Below are positions 59,973 to 64,000 of a stretch of DNA of 64,000 bases, in pieces. The position numbers were made by a program, and so were the translations under genes. The DNA is from Fidelibacterota bacterium. Its GTDB lineage: Bacteria; Fidelibacterota; UBA8477; JABMPR01. Each line of letters begins with the position of its first letter. Position 1 is the stretch's first letter. The notes beneath the pieces are model-generated. The model searched no databases, was not told the origin of the DNA, and worked only from the letters and a program-made list of their open reading frames with translations. Location of the stretch: positions 7,927 to 71,926 of the forward strand of contig JADHVL010000018.1 in the NCBI GenBank assembly GCA_016784025.1, written 5' to 3'.

Positions 59973-61508
59973 ATGACAGATATTCGAACAGACGAAATCA
60001 CAAAATTACTCCAGGAAGAACTGGGCAAATTAGATCTCTCCATTGATGTGGCCGAGATTGGTGAAGTCATCATGGTTGGTGACGGAATTGCCCGTGTCAG
60101 TGGGCTGGAAAATGTTATGGCCTCCGAGCTGATTGAGCTCCCCAACGGTGTTGTTGGTATGGCTATGAACCTGGAAGAGGACGAAGTCGGACTGGTTCTA
60201 TTTGGCAATACCTCTCTTGTAAAAGAGGGTGATCAGGCCAAGCGAACAGGAAAGGTTGTTTCAGTCGCAGTTGGTGATGCTGTAATCGGACGCGTGTTAA
60301 GCCCAATTGGCGTTCCAATGGATGGCAAGGGCGAGATTAAGGCCAAAAAACTCTATCCCGTCGAACGCAAAGCTCTGGGTGTGTTGGCCAGAAGTCCTGT
60401 AAATGAGCCATTGCAGACGGGTATCAAAGCTATCGATAGTATGATTCCCATTGGTCGTGGCCAACGTGAATTGATCATTGGTGATGGGCAGACTGGTAAA
60501 ACCGCAGTTGCTCTGGATACCATCGTAAATCAAAAATACACCCATAGTGCAGACTCACCCGATGATCCAGTATATTGTATTTATGTAGCCATCGGCCAGA
60601 AAGCCTCAACAGTTGCCCGAGTGGTAGCTGAGCTTGAAGCTCAGGGTGCCATGGAGTATACAACCATTGTAGCTGCAAACGCCTCTGATCCTGCCCCCCT
60701 ACAATTTCTCGCACCCTACACCGGTGCTTCAATTGGTGAATATTTTCGTGATAACGGCAAACATGCTCTAATTATCTATGATGATCTGTCAAAGCATGCA
60801 GTTGCATACCGCCAGATGTCTTTGCTACTGAGAAGACCTCCAGGTCGTGAAGCCTATCCAGGAGATGTATTCTACCTCCATAGCCGCCTACTGGAACGTT
60901 CTTCAAAATTGAACAAAGAGTTAGGTGGTGGTTCACTCACTGCTCTGCCCATCATTGAAACACAAATGGGTGATGTATCTGCTTATATCCCTACCAATGT
61001 GATCTCCATTACTGATGGTCAGATCTTTTTGGAAACCGATCTGTTCAATAGTGGACAACGTCCCGCATTGAACGTGGGTATTTCAGTATCTCGTGTAGGT
61101 GGAAACGCCCAGATCGCGGCCATGAAAAAGGTTGCTGGTGGAATGAGACTTGATTTGGCACAATATCGTGAACTGGCGGCTTTTGCTCAGTTTGGTTCTG
61201 ACCTGGATGCTGAAACTCAAAAACAGCTGACCCGGGGAAAAATTCTCTATGAAGTATTGAAGCAGAATCAGTTTGTTCCCATGGTTGTGGAAAAGCAGAT
61301 TGCCATTTTCTATGCTGCATCGAGAGGTTTTCTGGATGACATTGAACCTACAGATGTGAGACGCTTTGAAAGTGAATTCCTAAGCAATATGGAAGCCACC
61401 AATTCAGATCTTCTAAAGAGAATTGCAACAGAGGGCAAGCTGACTGATGAGATTGATGCTGCTTTAAACAAGGCGGTTTCGGACTTTGTTAAAGGCTTCG
61501 TAGCCTAG
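59973..61508 (+). CDS. atpA: F1 subunit alpha
   Basis: [47 protein letters not shown]. Confidence 0.98.
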   Translation: MTDIRTDEITKLLQEELGKLDLSIDVAEIGEVIMVGDGIARVSGLENVMASELIELPNGVVGMAMNLEEDEVGLVLFGNTSLVKEGDQAKRTGKVVSVAVGDAVIGRVLSPIGVPMDGKGEIKAKKLYPVERKALGVLARSPVNEPLQTGIKAIDSMIPIGRGQRELIIGDGQTGKTAVALDTIVNQKYTHSADSPDDPVYCIYVAIGQKASTVARVVAELEAQGAMEYTTIVAANASDPAPLQFLAPYTGASIGEYFRDNGKHALIIYDDLSKHAVAYRQMSLLLRRPPGREAYPGDVFYLHSRLLERSSKLNKELGGGSLTALPIIETQMGDVSAYIPTNVISITDGQIFLETDLFNSGQRPALNVGISVSRVGGNAQIAAMKKVAGGMRLDLAQYRELAAFAQFGSDLDAETQKQLTRGKILYEVLKQNQFVPMVVEKQIAIFYAASRGFLDDIEPTDVRRFESEFLSNMEATNSDLLKRIATEGKLTDEIDAALNKAVSDFVKGFVA

Positions 61509-61515
61509 GGTAGCT

Positions 61516-63778
<2,263 letters not shown>

Positions 63779-63784
63779 TTAAAA

Positions 63785-64000
63785 ATGGCAGGCCAATTTC
63801 ATCTAGAAATCATCACACCTACCAAAGTGTATGATGAGGGCGAAGTAGATTATGTCCGCGCTCCTGGTGCAGATGGTGCATTCGGTATCCTGGCAGGGCA
63901 TACTGAGTCAATTATGGCTTTGGCTATCGGTGAAATCAAAGTTGTCAAAGGTTCTGTTGAGAAGACCTATGCTTCCGCCAAGGGTTTTGCGGAAATCACC
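63785..64000 (+). CDS. atpC: F1 subunit epsilon, truncated by window end
   Basis: Translated by hand: MAGQFHLEIITPTK..PGADGAFGILAGH. Confidence 0.92.
   Translation, partial: MAGQFHLEIITPTKVYDEGEVDYVRAPGADGAFGILAGHTESIMALAIGEIKVVKGSVEKTYASAKGFAEIT

Overview
Gene-dense bacterial chromosome segment. I saw no rRNA, tRNA, CRISPR array, integrase or transposase. A T9SS-like C-terminal domain, a dockerin-tailed secreted protease, Omp28/DUF6029 genes and +1 Gln signal peptides point to an FCB-superphylum organism, plausibly Ca. Marinimicrobia (inference, not verified). Contents in order: (1) housekeeping genes: parvulin PPIase, RCK potassium channel, eno, ftsB, three unknown outer-membrane proteins, amidase-murI-folC, rho, aminotransferase, rpmE-DUF1385-prfA; (2) a ~10 kb thiol/sulfur redox island (17.5-27.4 kb) with an ECF sigma/anti-sigma pair, glutaredoxin, orphan groES, CoA-disulfide reductase, OsmC, rhodanese and a five-gene run of CX4C and CXXC proteins predicted to span inner membrane, periplasm, outer membrane and surface; (3) a diheme peroxidase, a TetR-controlled beta-oxidation operon with a perfect 16-bp operator palindrome, a DksA/TraR protein and a prolyl oligopeptidase; (4) hypABFCDE and a MerR-psrABC-yeeE-yeeE-rhodanese operon, each preceded by a sigma54-type -24/-12 element; (5) parAB-M23-bactofilin running into the atp operon (atpC truncated by the window end). 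Best candidates for undescribed biology are the trans-envelope disulfide relay module, the rhodanese whose only Cys sits on a C-terminal GGC arm, the Cys-rich MerR sensor, and a structured atpB-atpE intergenic RNA. Family names come from recalled motifs; no database search was run.
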